Of a stretch of 64,000 bases of DNA, positions 38,534-51,624 are shown piece by piece. The notes under the pieces were generated by a model. That model saw only the letters and a program-made list of their open reading frames with translations, was not told the DNA's origin and did no database searches. The DNA is from Felis catus (taxonomy: Eukaryota), in NCBI RefSeq assembly GCF_018350175.1, contig NC_058368.1, positions 47,742,001 to 47,806,000 of the forward strand. Direction: 5' to 3'. The translations under genes were made by a program, and so were the position numbers. Within the stretch, counting starts at the first letter, position 1; the number at the start of each line of letters is the position of its first letter.

Positions 38534-41103
38534 AGCTTTTAAGGAGACTTTAGCATGCGCTGGGAATGCATCTTCTCACAACAACCCAAGGTGGTCTTCA
38601 TATTAACTCATTTTAGCCTCGATTTCCTGATATGGAGACTGTGGCTGAGAGGGATGAGGAACTTGCCCAAAGTCCCAGGAGCTGGAACGTGTTAGGGCTC
38701 AGGTGTGTGCCCACTGTGAATCCTTTAAGGGATTAATATGAGAGCAGTAGGCATTTTGATGAGAGAAAAGCCATCCAGTCCATAGCAAAATGCTGGGTTA
38801 AATGAAGTTAAAAACCGGTTATTTCCTCTGCTTTTTTCCTGGGATTTAGAGCCTCAGCTGTGCTTCCTTACAGCACGTTGTGAACCTGCAGGAGAATGGA
38901 GTCTGAGGAGCACGTCCCTACATCGACGTTGTGCAGAAAACACTTGGAAAATGCTGGCTTGGAATCTTCCCCCATAGCCACGGTAAGCACCAGGATTGGC
39001 AATCTGGGGGATCCTTCAGGGCTAGGCATGGGGAGACATTCCAGTCACTAGGAGAGCGCCACAAATTAGGATCAGGATTAAGAAAAGCAGGAAGAAAGAT
39101 GAGAGGCAGACCCAGGAGGCTGCTTCCAGGGTACCAAATGAGGTTTAGGGATCTGGGAATTCAAAGTGTGAAGGCTTGGATCACAAGCAAATTAGTTACA
39201 GAGAAAACCTAGAGCCTGGGAGCTCAGAGCCCATTGTATGTGATGCTGGGTCCTCCCCTGCTTCCCCTGGTCAGACTCTGCCCGCTGAACCTGTCTCCAC
39301 TTCAAAGTGTCTCCAAGTGCTAAGGCCGGCAGCTGATGCTCTTGATGTGGGATTGAAGAGAGGTGAGTAGGTTTTCCTGGTGGAAACGATTTTAGAGAAT
39401 TAGACTCCAGGCAGCAGTAGATTCGGCTGACATCCTGGAAGCCCAGGATTATAAAATTTGACTTTGACTCACGATGAAACTGGGAATAGTTCTAATCAGA
39501 TAAGAAGGTTCTTGGAAAAGCATGTTCTTGCTGCTGACTCGTGAGGTGTTGAAAGGGGAAAAGGTTAAAACAAAACTATAGTTGACTCTAAAACCTCAAG
39601 AAACCTTAAACATTGGCAGGTTTTAAAATTCTGCTACAAATGATCAGAGCATTAGCCATTATTCCTAAAGCTTGCAATTTGATTTATGAATCTACCCACT
39701 GATTATTACATTTTGGATACATTTGGCAGCCCAAGTAAAGCAGGAAATCATTATTGGATAAAAAGGGCCACACAGGAGGAAGTTTTTATTGGCAAATACC
39801 AGCTTATATATTCACAAAATCCTATCATCTTAGTACAGGGAGTCTGTCTGCTGCCTCTTAGAGGTCTTTGCTAAAATATGTCCAAAGAGAGAACAATCTT
39901 TCTTTTCGTGTGTCATGTGTACCCCCCACTACTCCCCGCCTCCCCCCCACCCCCCCCAAGCCTCCCCCAGCACACTGGGGCCCAACCCTCTGAAATGTAT
40001 TCCGGCCTCTAATACTGCTATCACCAAATCCAGCCACGTATCAATTTGATGTTGTTAACTCTTCCGTGGACATGGAAAATAGTTCTCTTTTCTTTCAAAA
40101 CCAGGAATATACTAGAAGGCTATAGTTACATTTTCCTCAGTTTTCTCAGCTTTAGATGCAATAATATACATGAGTAAGTCTGACATTTGTTGGCTGCTGG
40201 AGGTGTGCAGGACACTAGGCGTGTCACAAAAAATGATCTTACTTCTGACAAAATCCTGTGAATTGGGCATTTTTAGCCCCATTTGAAAGATAAAGAAACT
40301 GATGCTTGAGGTTCAGAGGTTAATAACACCTTTCAAATAGTTGGTAAATAGAAGAGCCAGGATTGAAAAACTGCCATTCTTATTGGGAACTCATGGATTG
40401 AATTGTGCAATCTTTTGAGTCAACTTTCCTGCAACCCCCTTCCTTTTCTTTGATTTCTTTGCTTTTCTTCACGGCCCGGTTGTCCTCGACCCTTTTTTCT
40501 TTGACTATTTGAGGCCTCAGTGTTCTTTTCTTTAGCTATAATTTTTAAATATATTATACATATACATTATTTGGGAATTTTATAATGTTTATACATTATT
40601 TATTCCCCTCCCCCCACTATTCTATCTAAAGTGGAAGCTCCTTGCAAGTGGGAACCATGCCTTGTAATACAAGCCTTCTCAGCGAAAACATTGTACATCG
40701 AGTGGATATTGTTCTATTATGGAATGGTCAGCAAAGAGATCAAATTAAGGGGACCATCGGGACCTTTCTGGGGCCAGACCATTCTTCCTTCCTCTGTGCT
40801 CGGAAAGCATTTTGCACAAATGCAGCCAAGTATGGCAAAAAGAGGGTGGTGCGGGGGTCAGAGGACTTGGGCTGGAATCATGGCTCTGAAATCTACTACC
40901 TGTTTGCTCTTGGGAAAGTTACTATAACTTTCTAAGGACATGTTTTCTTCTTGTAAAACGGGACTGGTGATACCACTCATAAGGTTCTTGTGAGGATTAG
41001 AGATGGGATGAGGTGGGCACTTTGCATAGAGCTGGGTACATGGTAGCTGTTACAACTACAGCTTTTATAATTAGACTGTATTCCAGTCCTGTATATTTCT
41101 CAT

Positions 41104-41206
41104 TAAAAAAAATTTACTTAAGTAATCTCTACTCCCAATGTGAGGCTCAAACTCACAACCCCAAGAGCAAGAGTGGCATGTTCTGACTGAGCCAGCCAGG
41201 TGCCCC
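41104..41206 (-). mobile_element. Short CAN-SINE
   Basis: 'aagtaatctctactcccaatgtgaggctcaaactcacaacc...ccaggtgcccc'. Confidence 0.88.
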
Positions 41207-41473
41207 TGTCCTTTATTTTTTTACTCTCCCCTTCCTCCCCACCCCCTAGACCCAAGCTCAGTGCATATCACATAGTAACATTTAACAACATTTGTTTTTT
41301 TTTTTTAATGATTATATGAGAAGGAACTCTAGTGAAGGGTCCGGAATGGAAGATTTCTGTGAAAGACTCCTTAAAGCTGAATGCAGCCAGGTTCTGTACA
41401 CTGTGCTTTTTAGTGGACCCTAGCAGTGGACCCTGGGGCTCTACCCACAAAAAAGGTGCTCAAATAAGTATTT

Positions 41474-41692
41474 AAAAAAAATTTTTTTTCAACATTTATT
41501 TATTTTTGGGACAGAGAGAGACAGAGCGTGAACAGGGGAGGGGCAGAGAGAGAGGGAGACACAGAATCGGAAACAGGCTCCAGGCTCTGAGCCATCAGCC
41601 CAGAGCCCGACGCGGGGCTCGAACTCCCGGACCGCGAGATCGTGACCTGGCTGAAGTCGGACGCTTAACCGACTGAGCCACCCAGGCGCCCC
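41474..41692 (-). mobile_element. Young SINEC_Fc
   Basis: CpG-rich. Perfect TSD tcaaataagtattt at 41460-41473 and 41693-41706. Confidence 0.96.
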
Positions 41693-42592
41693 TCAAATAA
41701 GTATTTTTACTTACTTGAATTTATCCCAGTGAATGTATTTTGGTTTCCAGTATTTCATTTAGATCATTTTCAAATATGGATATTCTTTTTTTTTTTCTTC
41801 ATAATGTCTAGTCCTTGCCTTATGGATTCTTTTCTTTCTTTAGCAATTTACACATTTTAAACACACTTATCTTAATGTCCCTTTTAGATTGTTCTATTAC
41901 TCCTAGTTCCTATGTTGTAAATTCTTTATTTTTTGATTTGATGTATCCTTTTCATGGTGGTTGGTTTTCCTCTTGTGTTGTAATTTTTGAGAGTGAGCTC
42001 ATCTTCAGTGGGTGTTGTTGTCTGAAAGGATCCAGCCATGCTCTGGATTGTGGTGGTATCCAGTGGGATGGGTTTCCATTTGTCTCTGTTGTGATGCTCA
42101 AGAGAAAATAGACATACCATAGTTTCTATTACTAACAATAAGGCCTAGAGTGTAGACCCAAGAGAGAGACCTACAGATCAATTCTTTCATGCCTTCCTAG
42201 TCTATTTTGACAACCAGCATATGGTTATAGTCATGTACCTATACTTTCTAAAATATTGATAAGGGCTTTGTAAAGGTTCTCTTTCTTCTTATTCTTCCAG
42301 AACTGTCACTCTGATGTAGAAACTAGATGATCTGGACAGGAATAGTTATTAGGAACCATTCTGATTATTTAGCACAGAGTTTTCCTAGTGTTTATTAAAT
42401 TGATTGGGTAGTGATTTTATTCCCCTTGAGTATAGAATTGAAGCTCATGGGTAGGTTTTTTTCTACTCTTATTTTATCTTATTTTATTTTATTAATTTAT
42501 TTATTTACTTACTTATTTTTGGGTATTACAGATAGTTTATTTTCTTTATACTTTTTGATATTTTCCAAATTGTCTACAATAAACATATTTTT

Positions 42593-42863
42593 ATTTTATT
42601 TTATTTTATTTTTTATTTTATTTTATTTTTTAACGTTTATTTATTTTTGGGACAGAGAGAGACAGAGCATGAACGGGGGAGGGGCAGAGAGAGAGGGAGA
42701 CACAGAATCGGAAACAGGCTCCAGGCTCTGAGCCATCAGCCCAGAGCCTGACGCGGGGCTCGAACTCACGGACCGCGAGATCGTGACCTGGCTGAAGTCG
42801 GACGCTTACCGGCTACGCCACCCAGGCGCCCCAATAAGCATATTTTTAATGCCTTACTCTATT

Positions 42864-42910
<47 letters not shown>

Positions 42911-43072
42911 GTGTGACCAAGGCTGGGGGGCAGAGAGAGAGGGATAGATAGCTCCATGGCTCCATGTTCAGTGCAGAGCCCTATGCGGGGCTCAATCTCA
43001 CAACCCTAGGATCATGACCTGACTAGAAATCAAGAATTGGACACTTAACCTACTAAGCCACCCAGGTGCCCC
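42593..43072 (-). mobile_element. Young SINEC_Fc (42593-42832) plus older CAN-SINE (42851-43072) sharing one target site
   Basis: Three copies of caataa(a/g)(c)atattttt at ~42577, ~42832 and ~43075. Confidence 0.93.
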
Positions 43073-45484
43073 TACAATAAATATTTTTAATTAAAAATAA
43101 TTTTAAGTACCTCTCTTCAAATTCCAGTTTTCTTAGATTTCTGAAATCATCAGTCTACTTTTCAACTTCCTCAAGATTTCTCAAGTACAGCTACTAGGCT
43201 TTCTTTTTCATGGGTTGTGATCTCTCTTTCTCTCTAAATTCCCATTAAGATTGCATAGACTTAGGAAACTGTATATCTCAAATATGCCAAAAGAGTACAA
43301 TTTGGCTCTCATACTTGTAAAGTCAATATTTATCAGAAAGTGTGGTTATTGTACTTACAAGGTTTTTCAGCTTCTCCATAGGCCATTGTCCCCCACCCCT
43401 CTAATTTTCTCTGCATTTTCTCTCTAGGGTCTTATTTATTTTATAGCATAAAGAAAAATTTACAGTTTTTATTGCATAGAAGTAATAACTATGTTTAGTG
43501 TTATGTTCAGACACAGAGTTTATTACACTTTTTTTTTTCCCCAACACATAGGCACCTCCTTAGACGCCAAGGAGTTCCTGGAAGGTGATGGTGAGTAGTC
43601 CTTTGATAGTGATAGCTGATTCTTATCATAGACTGGATCCAAAACATTGGAGATATTGGTGTCTCAAGGGTGAATAAGACATTGATTTTTCCATCAAAGA
43701 GTTTAAAATCTAGAAGCGACATATACAACTAAGGCAATGAAAAGGGCACCAAAGAACAAAGTACTGTCTTGGAGGTAAGTTTAAAGAGCTATGGGAATGA
43801 AAAAATGTAAGAGTAATTAATTCTGCTATGTGAAAAAGAATAAGAGAAACCTAGAGAAAGAGGGTGACCTTCTGGCTGTTCTTGGAATGAGGATTTCACA
43901 AGGAAGGCAAGGCTGGAGGACATTTGTGGCAGAAGAAATAGCTTGAACAAAGACAAGTGTGACTTCCATGATGCTTGGATGCAAGAAACAATACAACCTT
44001 TTATTTTTTCTACATAAAATGAAACCGGATTCAGGATTCCTACTCACCTCTTGTCAGGAAGTACAATGTGTCATTTTTTGAGGGTGGGGAACACCAGCAG
44101 GTAGTGTATACAGTATAAAAATTGGGGGATGAGTCTCTGGTCTTGGGGGCGTCATGGTTGCTACTGGGATGTTTGTTGTTTGAGTTCCTGGAATCCATAT
44201 GAAGGGGGCTCACTGTGCCTACTGCTCCTGAATGCTCCTCTTCGATGAAAAGTAGAGGTTTTCATGGGGGTTTGCAGATTTCCTGGGAGGTGGGCTGAGA
44301 TCCTACGGCTCTGTATGCAGTTACTTTTAGTGCTCCTATTTTCTGTTCAACCCCTCATCCCTGCCCTATGCCGCACCTACTGCCTCAAGATCAGACATCT
44401 CCAGCCTGGTTCAGTGGCTTCAGAGAAGAAAGCTCTTGCTTCCTTAGAGCATGGGGAAGGATAGAGTGCAGAGTGTAGGGGAGGGGCCTGGGGTCTAAAA
44501 GCTCTTTGTGCAGACTGTCAGTCAAGCCCTCTATTTTCAGCACTTCCTCCCTCTTACCATCTTTTGTGACTGATGCTTCCAACCCTGGAGCCTGAGGGCC
44601 AAAGTAGCTGGCTTCTGGTCAGCATCCCCTGTGCACATTGTGAAGTCTTACCTTCCCCCACAGGACCAAATTGCCTTTCTCTCCACTTTGTCTTCACGTT
44701 TTACTGTTTGGGGCCACAGATATGTCCTAGTTTCATTGATGAGGAAGTTTTTATTGCCTCTTGTCCTTCTTGTTGGTTTTGGATGATATCTGAGAAGAGG
44801 ATTACTCCACCATCTTTGAAGATTGCATTCTTCAAGTTAATTTTTTCTTTCCCTTATTTGCTAACTTTCTGACACTTTATGAGATTTTTTTTCTTCCCCT
44901 TCTTGGGCCATAGGCTTTCGTTTACTTTTCCCTTATTGAAGGTGACAATCCACCTTCATATTGTCTAATGTTTAAAATTTAATTTTTATTTTTATCAGTT
45001 ATTAATGCACATAGTTTAAAGACTGAAGTAGTCCTGTAAGTCTTATTGAATATCAGCTTGTAAGGCTTGAATATCAGCTGTCATCCACCTGCCACTGCCT
45101 TCCATCCTCCATTTTCCAGCTTTTTAGAAGCTTCCTTTATCAAAGATTACATTTGATTCTTACATCTAGATCACTAAGCAAGTGGCTTATAGTGTTGTAT
45201 CTTGATTTTTCAGTTAAGGTATTGTCTATTTACTTCCTGCCATGGAAAGTGAAAATTTAGCTCTTGTTTACCCCCCATTTGAAATGCACACACCATCCCC
45301 CCATCTTTCCTGCAGAGATGTATCATTATTTTGTTTAGATTAATCTTTAGCACTTATAAGATTTACAACTATTTGTAAGATGATGACTTTATATCTATGT
45401 GCCTCTTACCTACATATGAGCTCTTTGGTATTCTATGATTGTTCTTTTATTCTTGAACCATTTTGAAAATTTAATTGAAGTAAA

Positions 45485-45712
45485 GGGGCGCCTGGGTGGC
45501 GCAGTCGGTTAGGCGTCCGACTTCAGCCAGGTCACGATCTCGCGGTCCGTGAGTTCGAGCCCCGCGTCAGGCTCTGGGCTGATGGCTCAGAGCCTGGAGC
45601 CTGTTTCCGATTCTGTGTCTCCCTCTCTCTCTGCCCCTCCCCTGTTCACGCTCTGTCTCTCTCTGTCCCAAAAATAAATAAACGTTGAAAAAAAAAATTA
45701 AAAAAAAAAAAA
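45485..45712 (+). mobile_element. Young SINEC_Fc
   Basis: CpG-rich body nearly identical to 47167-47416, long A tail. Confidence 0.96.
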
Positions 45713-47034
45713 GAAGTACATAATTGTCCTGTTCCTTAGTCTTTTTTATTCTTTTTTGTTGTTGTTTTTCCTTTAATCATTTCTAAGTTCCCTCTGTAGC
45801 TACTTGAGTCCCTCAGGCATTCTATCAATTTCATCTTGGGCACACCCCTCTTAAAAGCTTCTTGACCTCTAATCTTAACTGTGTCCTTTATCCCTGGTGC
45901 ACACCTGCCATCTTGAACTTCTCTTTCACTATCATTCTGGGCCCCCTTCACCTCTGTCTTGAATTGGTTCCACTAATTTTTGGATCCCATGTCTTCTTCT
46001 TTCTTGTTTTTCTCCCTTGTTATTGTTAAGCACCTCTTCCAGTAGCTTCCTAAATAAGAATGTATAGGAGGTAAACTTTATAAGCATGTCTTTAAGTGCC
46101 CTCACACATAATTTATATTTTGGCTAAGTAAATAATTCTAAGTTGGAAATAATTTCCCTCAGACTTTGAAGACATTGTTCAATTGTTTTCTAATTCTAAT
46201 CTTAGAGGTTGACAAATCTGGAAGTGTTTTGTCTCTTGACTCACTGTACATATTTTTTCTCTCTAAGCTTTTAGAATCTTCTCTTTATACCAGTTTTCTG
46301 TAATTTTATGAGGACATATCTTGGTATAGCCCTATTTTTATCTATTGTGTTAGGCACTCAATTGGTCTTTCCCATCTGGAAACTCATTTATTTTGAAATT
46401 TTATTAAATTACTGTTTGAGTTCTTCCTCTCAATTTATTTTTTTCTTTCTGGAATGCCTATTATTTGGATGTGGTACAATCTGTATTAATGTTCTACTTT
46501 TCTAATTTTAAGACATTTTCCATTTTTCATCTCTTTGTCTTTTGCCCTGTTTCCGGGGGTTTTTGTTTTCAACTATATTTTCTACCCCTTGTTGAGTTTT
46601 TCATTTTTGCTGTTATATTCTTGATTTGTATAAACTCTTTTTATCCTCTGTTCATTTTTTAAAAAGTTATCATTCTTTTTTTTATTGATATAGCATACTT
46701 TTCTATCTCTCTGAGGATAGCTGATAACATCTTTTTTTTTTTTTTAACTTTTATTTTTTATTTTTTAGTATGGTCTGTTTCTTCCAAGTTACTTCTGATT
46801 GTTTGTTCTCTCTCATGGTAGAGATTTTTCTCACATTCTTAGTAATCATGTTTAACATTGAGCACTAAAAAGCTTCCTGGAAATGCTGAACAATGAGTGG
46901 GCTTTTGGATTGTAGGCTTCAGTATAGGGAGAGCTGCCTGGGTCACTTTGTGGGGGGTAACGACCCTGATGTCCATATCTTCTGGTGTTTCCTTGAGGGT
47001 TTTATAGAGAAGAGTATAATCTCCTGTGAGAACC

Positions 47035-47168
47035 AGGCTGCTCAAACTTCAACGTATATACTGGTCACCTGAGTTATGGTTGAAATGCGGATTCTGATTC
47101 AGTAGGTTTAGGGTGGGGCTGAGAGTCTGCATTTCTTAATGTTGCTGCTATCCACGGACTGTATCTAT

Positions 47169-47207
<39 letters not shown>

Positions 47208-47443
47208 TTTTTTCAACGTTTATTTATTTTTGGGACAGAGAGAGACAGAGCATGAACGGGGGAGGGGCAGAGAGAGAGGGAGACACAGAATCAGAAACAG
47301 GCTCCAGGCTCCGAGCCATCAGCCCAGAGCCTGACGCGGGGCTCGAACTCACGGACCGCGAGATCGTGACCTGGCTGAAGTCGGACGCTTAACCGACTGC
47401 GCCACCCAGGCGCCCCGACACGGACTGTATCTTGAATAACAGG
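47035..47443. mobile_element. MER5-family hAT relic interrupted by a young SINEC_Fc (47167-47416, - strand)
   Basis: 'aaatgcggattctgattcagtaggtttagggtggggctgagagtctgcatttct' is the MER5 core. SINE TSD cacggactgtatct at 47153-47166 and 47419-47432. Confidence 0.85.
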
Positions 47444-48011
47444 GAAGAGGGACTCGGATCCTGGCTGCCAGTTCTGGCAGTCATTGTTGGAGAAAAGGAC
47501 TGTGAGGTGTCAACATTCAGTATGTGATGTCTCCCTCCTTTGCACAGGCGTCACTTAATCCCCTTGCTTTTAGTATGATGTCCCTGCTCTCAACTGGTGC
47601 TCCCATCTACAGAGACTGTGCAGAGGAGCGAACTCTACTATTAACTACTATTATGCTGTGGAGGGGGAAGGGCAGGAGTAACAGTTGCTTGGTCAAAGGG
47701 GGAGAGGGGAGAGGGATAGAGATGGGTGTCTGATTTCTTTTCTCCCATTCTGTTTTGCTCTTATTTTTGTCCCTGCTTCTAGAGGTCCCTGGTTCTGCTG
47801 ATTTTTGAGGATTAAAGGGAACCCTCTCTGTAAAGCAAATCGGGTTGCTGATAGACTCCCTCAGCTGATGATTTTAGGATTTCACTCTTTTGGACTCCCT
47901 ACTTTATTTTAGCAGGATTTGTCCTTTTGCTTTCCAACCTCTATTTTAAATTTTAAAAAGCGTTTTGCTATTGTGTCTCTTCTCCCATAGCTCTTGGGAG
48001 TGGTGCTCTTT

Positions 48012-48235
48012 AAAAAAAAAATTTTTTTTTTTAATGTTTATTTATTTTTTGAGAGACAGAGACAGAACATGAGCTGGGGAGGGGACAGAGAGAGAGGGGG
48101 AGTCACAGATTCCGAAGCAGGCTCCAGTCTCCAAGCTGTCAGCACAGAGCCCGACGTGGGGCTCTAACCTACGAACCATGAGATCATGACCTGAGCCAAG
48201 TCGAAAGCTTAAGTGACTGAGCCACCCAGGTGCCC
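48012..48235 (-). mobile_element. CAN-SINE
   Basis: TSD tgggagtggtgctctt. Confidence 0.95.
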
Positions 48236-49430
48236 TGGGAGTGGTGCTCTTAATGAAAGTCTCTTTACTATAGTTTTAGGTAGTTTCAGGAGAGAGAGAA
48301 GATAAACGTGTCTGTTTAGTCCACCATCTTTAACTACAAACCCTCCCTAATTCGTTTTTTGCTTTAACGTTCTGACTGTTGTCTCCAGAGTCCTTGAAAA
48401 TATAGTTCATGATGTGTAATTTATGGGATTTTATTTCCCAGTTGGGGTTGACTTGTTTGCTTTCCAAGGTTGAGTAATCTGGGTTCATAAATTTTGATTT
48501 ATAGCCTTAAAGTCTCAGGATGCAAATGAGACAAACATCACTATTTTATTGACCCATTTCCAATATTTCCTCTGGTCTGCGGCTCCTAAGCACCATTATT
48601 CTTTCTCTATGTCTGGGAACAACTATAAGGGCATAATTCAATTAATATGAGGCTCCTACTTGTCTTAAAACTGATTTATTTGTAGCTGAAGAGTCAGCTA
48701 GTTTTACATTACTATCTGGGACTCTTAATTATGCTTGTTCCCCTCCCCTCTTTCCAAATAAGTATGCAGATAAAAGGAATATCACAAAGAGATGTTCCCT
48801 GAGAATCCAAACCTCTCTTCTCCTTTTTCTTTTCGTTCCCTACTAAATGACCCAACAGGGAGTTGACCCTAGATAGTTAATACAAGTAATAGTTTGATGT
48901 TGAGGGACTTAAACTATGGTAGGGGGAGTGACCACTCTGAGATCCATGATTCTACGAGAACACGCATTTCTGAAGGTGTATCCCTGAATGAATGTGGGGC
49001 TTGTTGTTGAACCTGATGGTATGAGGAAGTAGAGAATAGTGGCTAAGAATATACATCTAGCCTTTGGAGTCACATAGACTTGAGTTCAGTCCACTTACTA
49101 ATGGGAGTGACCTGCACAAGATACTTAATCTTTATAAGCTCCTGTTTCCTCACCTGTAAAGTAGTTGCCTGCCCCACAGGTTATTGTAAAGATCAAATGT
49201 GATAATGTATGTAAAGCACGTAGGACAGTGACTGGCCCTCAGGATGTACTTACTGTTCCCGATTGTTTTGGGGTATTACCAGTGCCTTTTCCTGTCTTTC
49301 AAAATAAAGACTCTAACATCATCTGCAATTCAAAGAGTTCAAGTATTTCCTATTTGTATTAGACAGCAGAACACCTTTGAGTCATGCCTATAATGATATA
49401 TTTGGCAACCCTTAAAAAGTTGATTTACAA

Positions 49431-49550
49431 GGGTGCCTGGCTGGCTTATTCAGTGGAGCCTGAGACTCTTGATCTTGAGGTTGTGAGTTCGAGCTCCACG
49501 TTGGGTGTGGAGATTACTTAAAAATAAAACCTTTAAAAAAGAAAAAGAAG
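49431..49550 (+). mobile_element. Short CAN-SINE
   Basis: TSD aaaaagttgatttacaa / aaaaagttaatttataa. Confidence 0.88.
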
Positions 49551-50719
49551 AAAAAGTTAATTTATAATACAGATTTTAAAAAATCTCCTAAAAGATCCAG
49601 AATTCCCTGATTCTTAAAAAAAAAAAAATTAAATAGTTGAAAAAAAATGTGTAGCTATTTTGGCTGTAAGAAACCCTTAAGATAAAGATGTAGAATTAGA
49701 TTTTTTTTTTTTAATAAGAAAATTTTAGTGCAGAGTGCCAGACCAATTCTGAAGGGTGTAGGGTTAAACTGTAGCTTCTCGGGTCACTGTTAGTATTCAA
49801 ATTATTGTTTGATGTATTTATTTTTATGAAATATTGCATGAGAAATCATTGAACAGATGCTGGAACGGATGGATACATGTATACAAGCTGACTTTTTCCT
49901 TCTTCTTCAATACAGAAAAGTGATTGGTATATTCCATTACTTTGTTTTTCTTTGCCAGCCCTCTTTTTCATTCCTTTACTTTCTTTCATTTTTATTTTTC
50001 CAAGGTGGAGACAAGATGGAAGGCTGTAATAGCTAAATTAGATAAGACAAATACTCTGCTGTCCTGGTCTGCTGACTGCATTGTACAGCTAGGACCTAGA
50101 AATACCTGTCCTGTTACTTAATCTTTTAAGACAGCCTCAAATGGTTTAGTGTGATTTAATCACTCATTCTCTTTCTCTCTCAATGACTTAACTATGCAGT
50201 CATTATCATGGCTTCTTATCAATATGGGACACCAATTAATGCTTTTGAATTCTTATTGCTTTGGAAACTCTTGGCTTTGGGTCTGGTTGCCTGTGGATTG
50301 AATGCACAACCTTCATCCTTTTTACACATTTCCTACAGGCAATGCTTCCTCAGTGTCCTAGCCTGATTCCAACTTGCAGGTGACGTTTCCATCATGAGTC
50401 TTTGGTTTTATGAACCTTGAGCTCCAGCAGATCCAGCCATCTGGGAAGGGAAAGAGGTACAGTGAAGATGAGGCAAGCCTTACAACAGCCCAGGGCTCTG
50501 CCTGGAAGGCACCATTTGAAAGTAATACTCCCCTCCCCACTACCAGGATCTTTTGTGACACCAAGCCGGTCTGGGACTGTGCCTATCTTTGGTCTTGTAA
50601 CTGCTTTGTTAAATTTGCACTGTGACATTAGTTTTTGGATCAACTGGGAATGGATCGTATGATTTCCTAAAAGCTTAACAATTAGAAGAAAAGGGCTGAG
50701 AAAATAAGTTTCTATTTTT

Positions 50720-50934
50720 CTTTTTTTAATTTGTTTATTTTGAGAGAGGGAGTGTGTGTGCATGAGTGGGAGGGGGCAGAGAGAGAGAGAGAGAGAGAGA
50801 GAGAAAATCTTAAGCAGGTTCCATGCTGTTAGCACAGGAGCCTGACTCGGGGCTCAATCTCACTACCTGTGAGATAATGACCTGAGCCCAAATCAAAAGT
50901 CGGATGCTTAACTGACTGAGCCACTCAGGTACTG
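50720..50934 (-). mobile_element. CAN-SINE
   Basis: TSD ataa(g/a)tttctattttt. Confidence 0.92.
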
Positions 50935-51624
50935 CTATAAATTTCTATTTTTTATTTTTTATCGACAGAGGAGAAAACACTAGTATTTAGGATTATATAT
51001 GTTCACAGCTGATAATAAAACTGCTTTGAAGCACAAAAATTTATTATGAAAAAGCCAAACCATGTCTTGGTTTGATCACCTTAAAACCTTTCTCCTGATT
51101 ATCAGTGAAAGCCTTTCGGGGTTTGGGGACCTAGCTTCTTTCCTTTCAAGTGTGCTGGGAATCAGCAGTCTCTTACATTTCAGAATTTAATTTTAGGGGG
51201 GTATGAACGACTCAGCATCCCAGTTTTGAAATTTGATGCCAACTTCTAGTCACTGTCCATCTATTCTGCTTTTCTGCCTCACTTTACATCCCTACTCACT
51301 GAACTCTCCCAAGACATCAAAGAGGCCCTGCCTTGAAGGGGCAAAATCACACTCACAGGACATTCTGCATTAGTGTTTCAAATTTAAACTGTGATTCTAC
51401 TTTATAAAGGCCACGTTTCCTTTTCTGTTTTTCTTAGAACCCAACCCATTACTGAATTATAACAAATGGGACCAAATGCTGAGAAGAAATTAGTTAAATA
51501 CTGTATTGGAAAATGCTCAGAAAAGGTTTAAAAATGATGATGATGATTTCTGCTTTATCTAAAGTCATTTTCTTGTTTTAATAGCATTGCTTAGTTGTAA
51601 CTTTTTTTTTTGTTGTAACTTTTT

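Larger units (their letters stand above)
44985..48340 (-). mobile_element. Second degenerate HAL1-like element, with SINE and MER5 insertions
   Basis: On the - strand: 5' end 'agttaaagatggtggactaa' (~48335), ORF1 relic LPDLSTSKIRIRKQLNNVFKV (~46160-46225), then a post-ORF1 segment paralleling 15370-15600. Confidence 0.55.
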
